Source of the DNA: Chiloscyllium plagiosum | Taxonomy: Eukaryota | Direction of reading: 5' to 3' | Length of the DNA: 64,000 bases | Assembly (NCBI RefSeq): GCF_004010195.1 | Contig: NC_057720.1 | Coordinates: forward strand, 20,039,680 to 20,103,679 | Part shown: positions 37,681-50,775 of the stretch, piece after piece | Position numbering within the stretch: position 1 is the first letter of the stretch | Layout: the number at the start of each line of letters is the position of its first letter | The notes under the pieces: generated by a model | Seen by the model: the letters and a program-made list of their open reading frames with translations, nothing else | The model's database searches: none | Told to the model about the DNA's origin: nothing | Position numbers and translations under genes: made by a program

Positions 37681-37854
37681 TGTTTTCATCCTGTACAACT
37701 GTGAAATCCGAATTTTTTTTAAATAAAGTTCAGAGAAATCTTTAACGATGTATAATTCTGCATTGGTACATTTATACTAATGCCACTTTTGAGTTTTGAA
37801 AATTTCTATTGCCACGGGAAATTCCAATTCATGCAGCCTTGCTGCAATACAAAT

Positions 37855-38015
37855 TAGATTAGATTAGATTAGATTACTTTACAGTGTGGAAACAGGCCCT
37901 TCAGCCCAACAAGTCCACACCGACCCGCCGAAGCGCAAACCAACCATACCCCTACATTTACCCCTTACCTAACACTACGGACAATTTAGCATGGCAAATT
38001 CACCTGACCCTGCAC
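37855..38015 (-). mobile_element. HE1-type SINE 3' half with (TAATC)n tail
   Basis: Matches 46885-47038 in reverse complement. Confidence 0.88.
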
Positions 38016-40079
38016 AGAAGAGGCACTAGAGCACAAAACTTGTCAGTAAGGTGAGGTGTGATGCTAAAGTCGGATAGATATGGGGCTACATGTGGGTGAC
38101 AGAATATGAAAGAATTATTGGTTAAGGGGCTGGGGTCGCTTAGCTCAATTGACTAAACAACTAGCAAATGGATCAGATAAATGCCAACAACAGGGAGTTT
38201 ATCCCATTCTGGCTGAGGTGGACGAGAGATCCGACTTTGCGTTCTGTTTGTAATCAAAAAAAATGACTGCACCTTGTCATCCATAACCGATTATATGCCA
38301 AGGGCCTGCTTCAGGCAGAAACTTGAGGAGGAGGTTTGGAACATGGCACATTGGCCATTATGAAATATCGATTCAAGATATTACCATTTTAAATGAGATT
38401 TTAGACATCAGTCTGGGTGGCTTAGGATCTGATGATGGAAGTAAGTGCACTTGGAGATAGGTAAAATTGAAATAAGGGTTGAAATTATTTTCATCTCAAA
38501 CACTTAATTCTATACAAGCTTATACTCACAATCCTTCCAGTTACTAATATACTTCCAGCCTCCAAAACACCTGACTTTATGAAATGATAACTTGCTAAAA
38601 TATTCGTATATACTACCGTTCTAGAAAATCTGGATTCAAGTCCTACCTCAGGTTATGATGGGCAGGGAGATATCATAGTATGTCCAAACAGGTGTTTTTT
38701 AATATCAATATGTTTACACAGCAGGAATCTCAGAAAAAAAGGCCATAATACAAAGGTTGAGCTGTTTTTCAAGCCCCAGAAGGGCACTACAGCACAACTA
38801 ACACTTGTAGAGTCATACAGCATGACCAGGTTTCCTAAACTGAACTCATCCCATTTGCCTGCATTTGGCCCATATCCCTCTAAACCTTTCCTATTCATGT
38901 ACTTGTCCAAAGATCTTTTCAATGTTCTCATTATACTTACTTCTACCACAGGACCTGACCAAGTGCTTACCAGAACTGGCAGGAGAGTCAGTAACTGGAT
39001 AGTACAAATTTAAAATAGTTGGCAAAAGCCCCAGAGCAGAGCTGAAGAGTTTTTTTTTAATTCATTGCCTAAATAAATATTAAAACGTTTGGAAGTGTCT
39101 TCAGCTGACACTCCCATCTTGTGGTGACCTTTCCTTCTCCTACCTACATTGGAGATACCAGCATTTGCCAATATCTGTGCTGGAGGGCCTCCTGTTGTTC
39201 CTAAAGCTTAGAGATGCCTGCCATCTTAAATGTCCAGTGAGCATGCAACAACAAAAACAGAAGTTACTGGAGCAACTTAGTAGGTCTGGCAGATTCTGTA
39301 GAGAGAAAACAGTGGATGTTTCACATCAATATTTCTGTTTTTGTTCCAGATGTCTTGCATCCGCAGTTCTTGATTTTATTTCAACGAACATGCACCCTTG
39401 GCCAGCTAATCAAAAATTAGATCATGTTTCAAACACCACAATGCTGAATCAGGGCCTGGAAGTTCGTTCAACATTGGGTCCTGAATTCAGAACAAGTATT
39501 CAACCAATAATCACAAGGGAAGTTGGTGGTGTAATGACAATGTCACTCGACTAGAACTCACACAGATGCTCAAACATAGCAATAAAAGCAAATTTCACAA
39601 CTCCACTGTTGCAAAAACTCATCTGGTTCATTGGATGTGCTGTTGGGAAGAAAATCTGCTGTCGTTATTTTGGCCTCCAAGACATACCAGACCAACAATA
39701 ATGTGGTTGACTCAACTTTTGCGATGCTCCAGTGAGCCACAAAAATCAAGGGCAATTAGGAATGGGCAACAAATGTTGTTCATATTAGCAATACCACATG
39801 CCATGAAATAAAGTAAACAATCACAGCTAAGTAATCAAGCAATAACCAAATGTGAAGAGTTGCAACATTGTTCTCTAAACTCTGAATTAACAATAAAGCT
39901 GAGTATTTGCACCTCTAAATTGCCGACAAGGTTTAAGTGTTAAAAAGCATTAAATTTTCATCAATCGCGAACAAAGATTGTAAATGACAGTTTTCTCAAT
40001 TCTTGGTAAAATCCTTAGGGAAAATTAATTAAAATAGTGTTTAAAAAGATTGATTCTAACAGTAGTTTCAGCATCAAAG

Positions 40080-40600
40080 CATTACCGCCCCCCCACCCCA
40101 CCACCAATGTAGCAAAACAAATCGCACAACGAATATGACAACATTATCGCGGGGCCGACCTTTTCCTTCAATGTACTGTCATGTTCGTCAGCTTTTGTCA
40201 CTCCATTCTTTCCAGATTGAAGTGGCTAGGCCATTTTTAAATCCTCGGCCTCGAGCAACACACACTATAGTGAACCCGGCTTTCGAATAGTCAGAGTGAT
40301 CCTGTACCTGTGCGATGTGCCTCTGCCCCGTCTTTTACTCAACGCAAAGAGTACAAAGACAGCTGCCGCTCCGAACGCAGAGTGTTTGGGAGTCAGTAAT
40401 TTGCTGAGGACCGCCATTGCGGGAATAGTAGCGGCAACAGAGAGAAACCGGTCTAGCAGCGCAAGCGCTGCCGGGACGGACGTCACTTTAACTGTCAATC
40501 AACATCTACTAGGTGACCAGGCAGCCGGGGGCATGGTCAACGCTGCAGGGACTGTCTCCTGGCTGCAAGTACTGAGCAAGAGGTCACCTAGGTAATTTGT
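40080..40600. promoter_or_regulatory. CpG-enriched promoter/first-exon region of ABCD3
   Basis: Visible excess of CpG and GC in non-repeat DNA around exon 1, against an AT-rich, CpG-poor background. Confidence 0.7.
40308..40417 (-). CDS. ABCD3: ABCD3 (PMP70) coding exon 1
   Basis: ATG at 40417 in gcaATGG context. Encodes MAVLSKLLTPKHSAFGAAAVFVLFALSKRRGRGTSH+AG, similar to vertebrate ABCD3 MAAFSKYLTARNSSLAGAAFLLLCLLHKRRR. 110 nt, ending at donor CAG|GTACAG. Confidence 0.93.
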
Positions 40601-40829
40601 TCCTATCCATGGATTATTCTTCTCATCAAAACCTTTGCATTCTTAAATCTGATGCAGTTTCCACTTTACATATGCATTAAACGCCCGAGTTCGTATACTC
40701 AAGCAGATTTGTTAACTTTGCTGAAAGATTTATTGTGTGCTCAAGATTTTTTTTTCAGGTAGACCCTGCCTTTCGAACGTGATGGTGCATTCAAGCCCGT
40801 AATTTTGGTGTAACGATGAAGCCATCGCG

Positions 40830-41425
40830 AGCCAGACAAACAGGAGGCTGGAGGAACACAGCAAGCCAGGCACCATCAGGAGGTGGAGAAGTTAGTCTTT
40901 CTGGCATAACTGTTTTTCAGGATCCCTGCACAAGTTTGGTTAAGAGAGTCTTGAGCTGGGGGAGGGATGAGGAGAGGGAATTGAGGTGCCGGTGCATTGC
41001 ACAAAGGGTTGACTGGAGAATCCGTAGAGAGAATCGTTTGTGAGGGGATTGAGGGAAATCTAAGTATGGAGCATGGAAGGTGGGTCCAAATTTTGGGGGT
41101 TTAAAATGTACCTGTAGGCCTTGAGGGATGAGATGGTTGTGAAAACAGGAGCTGAGGAAGGTCACAAGGCTGTTGTAGTGGGTTTGTTTGAAGAGGCCAC
41201 AGCAGAGTGATAGTGAGAAAGGAACTCACAGAATTCACCTCTGAGTGAGGCAAAGCACTTCTTCAAAGTGGACATCCTTTGAAGTGGTATGAACTTGTTT
41301 GAGACAAAAAAAACTGCATATGGTGGAATCTAAAGTAGACAAACAGGAGCCTAAAAGAACACAGCAAGCCAGGCAGATCAGGAGATGAAGAAGTCAACAT
41401 TTCAGATATAACCCTTCTTCAGGGC
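40830..41425 (-). mobile_element. Neptune-type PLE 5' ORF fragment between two pLTR tails
   Basis: TFLSSCFHNHLIPQGLQVHF...; pLTR tails at ~40835-40920 and ~41305-41425. Confidence 0.6.
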
Positions 41426-42077
41426 CATGCTAACCACACAGCCCATCAGGTGAGCTGAAATATCCAGTTTCCTCCAAGTCATGTACGAAGGTTATGACGC
41501 TGTCACATCAGCTGTGATGGATAGTAAACGTCGTCAGAATGCCCAACTCAAGATTGCCCACATAGAGGCTTTATTCAGAGCAAAGGAAACAGTGAACCGG
41601 ACTGATAGATTAGAAGGAATGACAGTGAAGCAAGCAATGGCAAACATTTAAGGAAATAATTCATGACTCTGAACAAAAATACACCCAGGTAAGCAGAACA
41701 ATTTTTCTCCCCAGCAGAAATTGACTGACCAAAACAGAGATTAAATCTCAGAGGAAGTGCATCCACCCCAAATTCCAGAAGCTAATCCTTCTACTCTTTA
41801 ATCCCAGCTGAAATGTTCTTTATGTGTCTTCATTTTCAACTCTCAGGAGAAAAAATGCAAAACCTTTTTAAACACATAATCAGGATTTCCAGTTCCAAAG
41901 GATTAGATCAGGATGCCTTTTTTAATCAAGTACAGAGTGATGGATTTTGTCAGTTTATATAAGCAATCCATCAGCTGTAAACTTTGCTACCTCCAGATGT
42001 GTCAGTATAGAGATTTGTATTCTTAAGTGAAAATAATTTGCCTACTTATTTTATAACATGTAATTAAAATCAATGCA

Positions 42078-42306
42078 AAAGAGTCTGATGCTGGAAAAGC
42101 ACAACCAGTCAAGCAGCATCCGAGAAGCAGGAGAATCGATGTTTCGGGGCATAAGCCCTTCATAGGAATGAGGCTCATTCCTGATGAAGGGTTTATGCCC
42201 GAAATATCAATTCTCCTGCTCCTTGGATGCTGCCTGACCAGCAGTGTTTTTCCAGCATCACATTCTTCGACTCTGATCTCCAGCATCTGCAGTCCTCACT
42301 TTCTCC
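42078..42306. mobile_element. Palindromic PLE-derived unit with hammerhead (42177-42212, +) and 16-bp TSD
   Basis: Inverted arms about ~42172; aattaaaatcaatgca at 42062-42077 and aattaaaatgaatgca at 42307-42322. Confidence 0.85.
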
Positions 42307-42464
42307 AATTAAAATGAATGCACCTGAAATGAGGTGAGTTCCATAAAGAGTGAATGATGAATTTCACTCGCTCATCATTCAGCCAGAGAAGATAAACCTG
42401 TGCTATGTGAAGGCATTACACAATTGCAAATTTCTTTGAACCCTATTACTCAAAAGAAGATATG

Positions 42465-43276
42465 TGGCACAGTGGAAATGGCACTGGAATGGTTATCCAA
42501 AGGCCAGGTTATTGCTCTGGCGACATGGTTTCAAATCCCACTATAGTATCTGGTGGAATTTAAATTCAGTGAATGTGTAGAGAATTAAAAACTAGTTGAA
42601 TGGTAACCATTATCAACTGTCACTTTAAAATAAATTTGACATATTAATATCATTTTAAAAAGGGAAGTCACTGTACTTGCCTTCACGGGATTCCAGATCC
42701 ACAGCGACGTGATTGTTTCCACAATGATCGCTGAAATAGCCTGGCAAGACAGTCAGTTGTAACAAGTTTATAAAAAGGAATTAAACTGGATAGACAGCTC
42801 AGCATTGATCTAGTCATCAGCAAAAACCATGACAAACCTAGCTCTGTCGACCGTCTTGTGAACGTTTATGGGGTTCTGCCAAAATTTGGAGAGCCATCAA
42901 CAGCCTGATGCAGTTATACTCAAAGCAAAAACTTTAAATAGATAATCTCCTAGCTATCATCATCCCTAGCTATTTCCTGTCCTACCATCAAGACAGGCAC
43001 ATGAGGGAAGGGTTTAGTAGGAGACAGTTGGCAGATAGATATCCTGGGAGACTTCAACATTGAGTCTGAATCTCATGGTATCAGGTCAAACATGGGCAAG
43101 GAAACGTCCTGTGATTACCACCTAACAACCTTCTTCTCCCTCAAGTGATGAATCAGTACTCCTTATTATCGAACACCATTTGGCAAAAGAACTGCATTTG
43201 GCAAGGACACAGGATCTAGTTTGGGTTGAGGGGCTCAACGTCCATCACCAAGATATCATTAGAAGTGGCTCAGTGA
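42465..43276 (+). mobile_element. Older LINE 5' part (tRNA-like head and endonuclease remnant)
   Basis: gtggcacagtgg...ggtttcaaatccc head; degenerate endonuclease sequence ending gggctcaacgtccatcaccaaga. Confidence 0.55.
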
Positions 43277-44821
43277 CGGGATCCAAGATGGCAGCGATCT
43301 AGGAAGATCGCATTTCAGAGCTCCACACCACATCGCAAGCAGGACAAAGTCCTAGCCTGCCCTACCCAGACCACCGCAATATCCTGGGACTCTGGAAAGG
43401 TCGTGGTCTCCCAGAAAACTGTTAAAAAATAATTTAGCTCGGTTTGCACCGTCCAGGGATGCCAAAGATGGGAAGACAAGCATCCGAGGCCAGGCCCGCA
43501 GCCCAACCTACAGGATCCTCAGATTCAATTGCTTACCAGGCCGCGGTGAAGGACCCCGTGAAATCTTGCGAGATATTGGGGAAGCAGATAATGGAGAAGC
43601 TGGCCCTGATCTCTAGTATGATGCAGAAGCATGAGCAGCAGCTGGGAGACCTGGAGAAAATGACAGATGAGGTAGAACACAGAGATGCAGTGGTGGAAGC
43701 CGATGCCAGTTCCTCCAAGGAAAGGATGCAGGCCCTGGAGAAGCAGGTCCGCAATTTACTTGACCAAGTTGATGACTTCGAGAACCGGGGAAGGAGAAAA
43801 AATGTTCGAATTGTCGGTTTTGCCAGAGGATAAGGAAGGTGAGCGGCCAGCGGAATTTATTGAGGACTGATTGTTGAAATTCATTAATTTGGAGGCTGGA
43901 ATGAGAGGCTTGAAGGTCGAGAGAGCTCACCAGATCAGGTCTAGACCAACGTCCTTGTCCTATCTTGGTGCGGTTTCTCCTTATTCTAGCGATAAGGAGT
44001 GAATCGTGGAAGCTTCCAGAATCCAAGGGAAGGATCTGAAGGCCCTAGTTTACGAGGGCTCTAAGATCATGTTCTTCCAGGACTTCTCAGCAGCAGTGAT
44101 CCAGAAAAGAAAATCCTTTGACGGCATCGAGAGAAGACTGAGGGAACTTGGGATCCAGTACTCTCTGAGCTATCCGGCGATGCATCGGTACACCTTAGAT
44201 GGATCTGTACATCTCTTTGACATATTGACAGTGAGGAAGGATGTTTGACAGTGAGGAAGGATGTGGCAGGTTACAGCAGGATATAGAGAAGCTGCAGAGC
44301 TGGGCAGATATTGGAAAATTCAAGAGACTTTGGAGACAAATTAACTTTATCTGAACAATTTAGTGTGTATAAATAGTAGTGTTCTTTGGGTATGTATCCG
44401 CTTTTCTTTAAATAAAAAGAGGAAGGTCCGGTCAAGGCTTTCTTTTCCTATCCTTTTTATCTGGTCTAAACTATGTTTGGTGGCAGTTGAGAAGTGTACT
44501 TTCAGTTTCATAGTTAAGTTATATCAAAGGATGGGTGGGGTACTTATCTTTCTTTTACAAAATTTCTTTATTCACATTGTTATTTCATGGTGTATTTTCT
44601 TTCTTTTCTGCTTGTGTTTGCAGTACGGCTCAGGCTAGGAGGAGGGAAAATGTTTGGGATAGCTAGATGCCTATGTACTGGCAGTTCATGCCTGGTTCAG
44701 GTATTTAAATGCCCTGGCTGCAGTATTGGCAGTGGGATGGGAAGTTGGGTTTTGGGATGTGTAGTTTCCCCCTTTGGGCAGGAGTGAGTTCCCCTATTCA
44801 GCACCATTGGTGCTTTATATA

Positions 44822-47290
44822 GAGTCATAGAGATGTACAGCATGGAAACAGACCCTTCGGTCCAACCTGTCCAGGCCGACCAGATATCCCACCCTAATCT
44901 AGTCTCACCTGCCAGCACCAGGCCCATATCCCTCCAAACCCTTCTGATTCATATACTCATCCCAATGCCTCTTAAATGTTGCAATTGTATCAGCCTCAAC
45001 TACTTCCTCTGGCATCTCATTCCATACACATACCACCCTCTGTGTGAAAAAGGTGTTCCTTAGGTCTCTTTTATATCTTTCCCCTCTCACCATAAACCTA
45101 TGCCCTCTAGTTCTGGACTCCCTGAACTCAAGGAAAAGACTTTTGTCTATTTATCCTATCCATGCCCCTCATAATTTTGTAAACCTCTGTAATGTCACCC
45201 CTCAGCCTCCGACGCTCCAGGGAAAACAGCCCCAGCCTATTCAACCTATAGCTCAAATCCTCTAACCCTGTCATCATCCTTGTAAATCTTTTCAGAACCC
45301 GTTCAAGTTTCACAATATCTTTCCGATAGGAAGGAGACCAGAATTGCACGCAATATTCCAACAATGGCCTAACCAATGTCCTCTTTGGCCGCAACATGAC
45401 CCTCAACTCCTGTACTCAGTACTCTGACCAATAAAGGAAAGCATACCAAACGCCGCCTTCGCTATCCTGTCTACCTGCAACTCCACTTTCAAGGAGCTAC
45501 GAACCTGCACTCCAAGGTCTCTTTGTTCAGCAACACTCCCTAGGACCTTACCATTAAATGTATAAGTTCTGCTAAGATTTGCTTTCCCAAAATGTAGCAC
45601 CTCGCATTTATCTGATTTAAACTCCATCTGCCACTTCTCAGCCCATTGGCCCATCTGATCAAAATCCTGTTGTAATCTGAGGTAAGGTTCTTCGTTGTCC
45701 ACTACACCTCCAATTTTGGTGTCATCTGCAAACTTACTAACCATACCTCTTATGCTTGCATCCAAATCATTTATATAAATGACAAAAACTGGAGGACCCA
45801 GCACTGATCCTGTGGCACTCCACTGGTCACAGGCCTCCGGTCTGAAAAACCACCCTCCACCACCACCCTCTGTCTTCTACCTTTGAGCCAGCTCTGTATC
45901 AAAATGTATTCCATGAGATCTAACCTTGCTAACCAATCTCCCATGTGGAACCTTGTTGAACACCTTACTGAAGTCCGCATAGATCACATCTACCTCTCTG
46001 CCCTTATCAACCCTCTTTGATACTTCTTCAAAAATCGCAATTAAGTTTGTGAGACATGATTTCCCACGCACAAAGCCATGTTGACTATCCTGAATCAGTC
46101 CTTGCCTTTCCAAATACATGTACATCCTGTCCCTCAGGATTCCCTCCAACAACTTGCCCACCACCGACGTCAGGCTCATTGGTCTATAGTTCCCTGGCTT
46201 ATCCGTATCACCCTTCTTAAACAGTGGCATCATGTTAGCCAACCTCCAGTCTTCTGGCACCTCACCTGTGGCTATCGGTGATACAAATATCTCAGCAACA
46301 GGCCCAGCAAACCCTTCTCTCACTTCCCACAGAGCTCTTGGGTACACCTGATCAGGTCCTGGAGATTTATCCACCTTTATGCATTTCAAGACATCCAGCA
46401 CTTCCTTCTCTGTAATATGGACATTTTTCAAGGTGTCACCATCTATTTCCCTACATTCTATATCTTCCATATCCTTTTCCACAGTAAGTACTGATGCAAA
46501 TTACTCGTTTAGTATCTCCTCCATTTTCTGCAGCTCCACACAAAGGCCGCCTTGCTGATCTTTGAGGGGCCCTATTCTCTCTGTTGTTACCCTTCTGTCC
46601 TTCATATATTTGTCAAAACCCTTTGGATTCTCCTTGATTCTATTTGCCAAAGCTATCTCATGTCCCCTTTTTTCCCTCCTGATTTCCCTCTTTAGTATAC
46701 TCCTACTGCCTTTATACTCTTCTAAAGATTCACTCGGCACGGTGGCACAGTGGTTAGCACTGCTGCCTCACAGCCCCAGAGACCCGGGTTCAATTCCCGA
46801 CTCAGGTGACTGACTGTGTGGAGTTTGCACATTCTGCGTAGGTTTCCTCCGGGTGCTCCGGTTTCCTCCCACAGTCCAAAGATGTGCAGGTCAGGTGAAT
46901 TGGCCATGCTAAATTGCCTGTAGTGTTAGGTAAAGGGGTAAATGTACGGGAATAGGTGGGTTACGCTTCGGCGGGTCGGTGTGGACTTGTTGGGCCGAAG
47001 GGCCTGTTTCCACACTGTAAGTAATCTAATCTAATCTATCCTGGCTATACCTGACATATGCTTCCTTCTTTTTCTTAACCAAACCCTCAATTACTTTAGT
47101 CATCCAGCATTCCCTATGCCTACCAGCCTTTTCTTTCACCCTAACAGTAATATATTTTCTTTGGATTCTCATTACCTCATTTCTGAAGGCTTCCCATTTT
47201 CCAGCCATCTCTTTACCTGCGAACATCTGCCCCCAATCAGTTTTGAAAGTCCTTACCGTCAAATTGGCCTTTCTCCAATTTAGAACTTCA
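44822..47290 (-). mobile_element. 2.5-kb CR1 inserted in the L1 inter-ORF region
   Basis: KSPGPDQVYP, GNYRPMSLTS, FADDTKIGG and tail tctctatgactct. Confidence 0.95.
46736..47038 (+). mobile_element. Full-length HE1-type SINE nested in the CR1
   Basis: A box ggcacggtggcacagtggttagcac, B box ggttcaattcc, V domain and (TAATC)n tail. Confidence 0.93.
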
Positions 47291-48123
47291 TTGTTGGTTT
47301 GTTTTCTGGTTTTTGTTGTATATAATCTTTGATAGCTTTGTAGGTTTATTGACTGTAGTAGTTTTAGTTTATGTAGTTTTTATGTTTGATGTATCTTGCG
47401 ATACTAAGGCTCGGTGATTTGTAATTGGAATTCCTCCTGTCTGGAATCTAAATGTTACTGCAAAATGTTATGGCTAATGACTTGATTAAATGGTGTACCT
47501 GGAACATCAAGGGGAGTCACTCACCAATTAAGAAGAAGAATACACTTTCGAGTCTTAGAAAGGAAAAAATGGATATTGCTTTGTTACAGGAGACACACGT
47601 GGATGATAAGGAGCATTTGAAACTACAGCAGAATGGCTTTGACCGGGTTTACCTTTCGTCTTTTAATACCAGAAGTAGGGGAGTGGCTATATTGGTTGGG
47701 AGGAATCTCCCATTTATGTTACTAGAGTCCATTAAAGACACACACAGGAGGTTTGTAATTCACAAAGCCTGCTAAACAGGGAAGAATATGGTGTTTTAGA
47801 TATTTATTACCCTCCAGCCCATCCCCTCAAATTTCTGGTAGATGCCTTCTCTAATTTGATCAGCCTTGAGTCCCGACATATCATAGGGGGAGATTTCAGT
47901 TGTTTCATAGATCCCACAGTAGACAGGTAGCCCAAAAGCCCCCTGATACCCTCTGTATAACCTAAATAATTAGTGGATCTGTGTTTGGAGTTAGGGTTGG
48001 TGGACCTCTGGAGGCAGCTTCACCCTATAGTCAGGGTTTTTATGTTTTTTTCCAATCCACCAACATCACACCAAGATTGATTTTTTTCCTGACCCTCACG
48101 GCAACCCTGGACTTGGTGAGATC

Positions 48124-48623
48124 NNNNNNNNNNNNNNNNNNNNNNNNNNNNNNNNNNNNNNNNNNNNNNNNNNNNNNNNNNNNNNNNNNNNNNNNNNNNN
48201 NNNNNNNNNNNNNNNNNNNNNNNNNNNNNNNNNNNNNNNNNNNNNNNNNNNNNNNNNNNNNNNNNNNNNNNNNNNNNNNNNNNNNNNNNNNNNNNNNNNN
48301 NNNNNNNNNNNNNNNNNNNNNNNNNNNNNNNNNNNNNNNNNNNNNNNNNNNNNNNNNNNNNNNNNNNNNNNNNNNNNNNNNNNNNNNNNNNNNNNNNNNN
48401 NNNNNNNNNNNNNNNNNNNNNNNNNNNNNNNNNNNNNNNNNNNNNNNNNNNNNNNNNNNNNNNNNNNNNNNNNNNNNNNNNNNNNNNNNNNNNNNNNNNN
48501 NNNNNNNNNNNNNNNNNNNNNNNNNNNNNNNNNNNNNNNNNNNNNNNNNNNNNNNNNNNNNNNNNNNNNNNNNNNNNNNNNNNNNNNNNNNNNNNNNNNN
48601 NNNNNNNNNNNNNNNNNNNNNNN
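48124..48623. other. Assembly gap (500 N, probably fixed-size scaffolding join)
   Basis: Run of exactly 500 N. Confidence 0.98.
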
Positions 48624-48750
48624 GACGAGATGAGGTTGGGATATCTGATTGTTATGGATGGGTTGGACCGAAGGGTCTATTTCAGTGCTGTCATGTTATG
48701 GATGGGTTGGACCGAAGGGTCTATTTCAGTGCTGTACATGTCTATGACTA
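48624..48750 (+). mobile_element. CR1 3' tail emerging from the gap, with a 44-bp internal duplication
   Basis: ttggaccgaagggtct...gctgt occurs twice; ends ctatgact. Confidence 0.8.
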
Positions 48751-49695
48751 AGTACAGAGCCGTACTTCCATTGTGATAGGTCCCTTGTAATGAAGAACAG
48801 TTAGGTCAAGGCAAACTACACCTCTTGTTTTCACAGCAACTACTTGCCATTTTCTGTAATTAAAGTTCCAGCATCAGGGGCAGTCACTTTAACAGCTCCT
48901 GTACATAAGGCAACTGTGAGAGGGTAGCTAACTGTTCCACTAGTGGCTTAATTTGAGAATAATCCTGAACAGAATTCTGATGAATAGAGTTGTCACAACA
49001 ACAGTAGCCATGAACAATCAATGGAATGTTCAATACCTTTCATTGTTTCTAGCATCAGACACCCGGCTAGAAATTCAAACCAAACCTGGAAGACCTGTTT
49101 TGCTGTTTATTTAATCCTTGAGAAAGAGTTTAGTTCAATAATAGCACTTTTACAAATAGTGCACCAAGCTTTCCCATGGTAGTATAATCTGAAATTACAA
49201 AATGTGACAACACCGTATTGAAAAAAGTTTCCATTTCTTTGCAGTTGGTATAAAATTAAAAAAGTGGCAAGTGTACCATCAAAAATCTTGCCTGATATAA
49301 GCAAGTTTTTCATCCTGGACATTTCGCAACAACTTTTAAACTTCACCCATGGTTTAGAGTTACCTAAACATTTTCAGCAATTTGAATTTACTAAATTGTA
49401 ACTAAAAGTTCTTTAAGAGGCCATTTTCTCTGGCCTTAAATAATTTATTTTCCTGAACCAGTCATACAATCAGTAGCTCATCATTGTTTCAGTGTACATT
49501 TTTTAAAATATTAAATTAAACATCCTAATTTCCTCGAGCACCCAAGTTACATCTAAACCAGTAAAAATTTGGAAAAAAGCACCACTTGTATTCTCATGTC
49601 GTTTAAAAGGGAAACTCAAACAGAAAGTGCTGTGTGTTTAACTCTTCTATCTAGCAAAGAAGCTGCGAGTCAGCTCTTAATAATAAGCAATAATA

Positions 49696-50775
49696 TTTAT
49701 TTATTGAACACAATACTGTAACAAAATACATTATAAACGAGCAATTTACACTATAAACCTAATCAAATATCTTGTGTTTTAACTTCAATCTGGATGATCA
49801 TATGCCACCACACTAGATCTTGGCCTTGATCCGCGTGGCGATGATTGTCTGGACGTCTTCTCCTTGTTGACCCAGAGGTGTCTTCTCTTCATAGTGGTTG
49901 GTCTGGAGTCACTGCTCCTGAGGACGGTGTTGCAGCGATTCTTATGCTTAGTAGTTGTTTGTGCCCTTTTGGTACAGTTTTCAGTGTCCTCCAATAAATC
50001 GATCCTGATCGATCGGACCCAACCAAATGTTGGCATGTGGATGGCAGGTTCGTCCTTGGGCATCCATTCTTGGATGTGTTAGGTGCACACAAGTCAGGTG
50101 GCCCTCTCCAGATAAGGGTGTGAGGTGCCCCTGTGTCTGGTAAACAACTCAATGTTTCCAGTTGATCTGGGGATGGCATTCAGGTTGTATATTGTATTGT
50201 CTGCAGCTGCTGGGTCAATTATATACTGTCAGTCTGTAGCTACAGTCTGTATGGATGTGCATCATATTTGTTAGCATAGTTATTTTGGTCAATGCTTCTC
50301 CCAATTTCATAGCACACTTCATTTATTGTCCATTTTTTGTAAATCCATCATAAATCCATCATTTTGAGCGGCCTGTCTGGCCACAGATGAATAAGCTGAG
50401 CAAGTCTGGCAATATCTGTGCAAAGAAAGAATCAAGTGTCATGGGGAAAGGACAGGGAAGTGGGTGTGAGGAATGTTGAAGCAGCCATGATCCTACTGAA
50501 TGATGGAGAGGCTTGAAGGGCTGAACGGCCTTCTGTTCCTGTTTCCTATTGTAGTCCTTTGGAAACATTTTTAGTCCAATATGATTCACCAATCTGACTG
50601 AGGATGTTTAAAGTCAGTTTTATTGTCCATTTCAAAATATTTTGAGAGAAAAATGGGCTTACCAGCGCCTGGTTTTGGCTATGAATGCTCATAAAACTCA
50701 GACTGATCATGATGTCACATTGATTTGATATCAGTTGTGCCATTTAGAAGTTGGAAAATGACCCCCTCCCATTTT
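49696..50775 (-). pseudogene. Unassigned decayed reading frame with poly(A) signals (possible endogenous viral element)
   Basis: Successive open stretches ending in ORF 50063-49785; two AATAAA at 49705-49696; interrupted by a CR1 tail (50421-50552) and an 11-bp duplication. Confidence 0.3.

Larger units (their letters stand above)
43278..48123 (+). mobile_element. L1/Tx1-clade LINE 5' half (5' UTR, ORF1, ORF2 endonuclease), interrupted by a CR1
   Basis: gggatccaagatggc start; ORF1 from 43459 with DDFENRGRRKNVRIVG and KIMFFQDFS; ORF2 from 47470 with WCTWNIKG...LLQETH. Confidence 0.92.

Noticed and set aside
40265..40498. 77-aa ORF as a complete gene
   Set aside because: It is ABCD3 exon 1 plus 5' UTR and intron read-through.
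46736..46805. tRNA-like A/B boxes (also ~20870-20940, ~38135-38210, ~42465-42545)
   Set aside because: SINE or LINE heads, not complete tRNA cloverleaves.
49785..50063. Hepadnavirus core or polyomavirus VP2 assignment
   Set aside because: Only a generic basic Ser/Arg tail and short motifs; a poly(A) signal follows rather than the expected overlapping pol or VP1 ORF.
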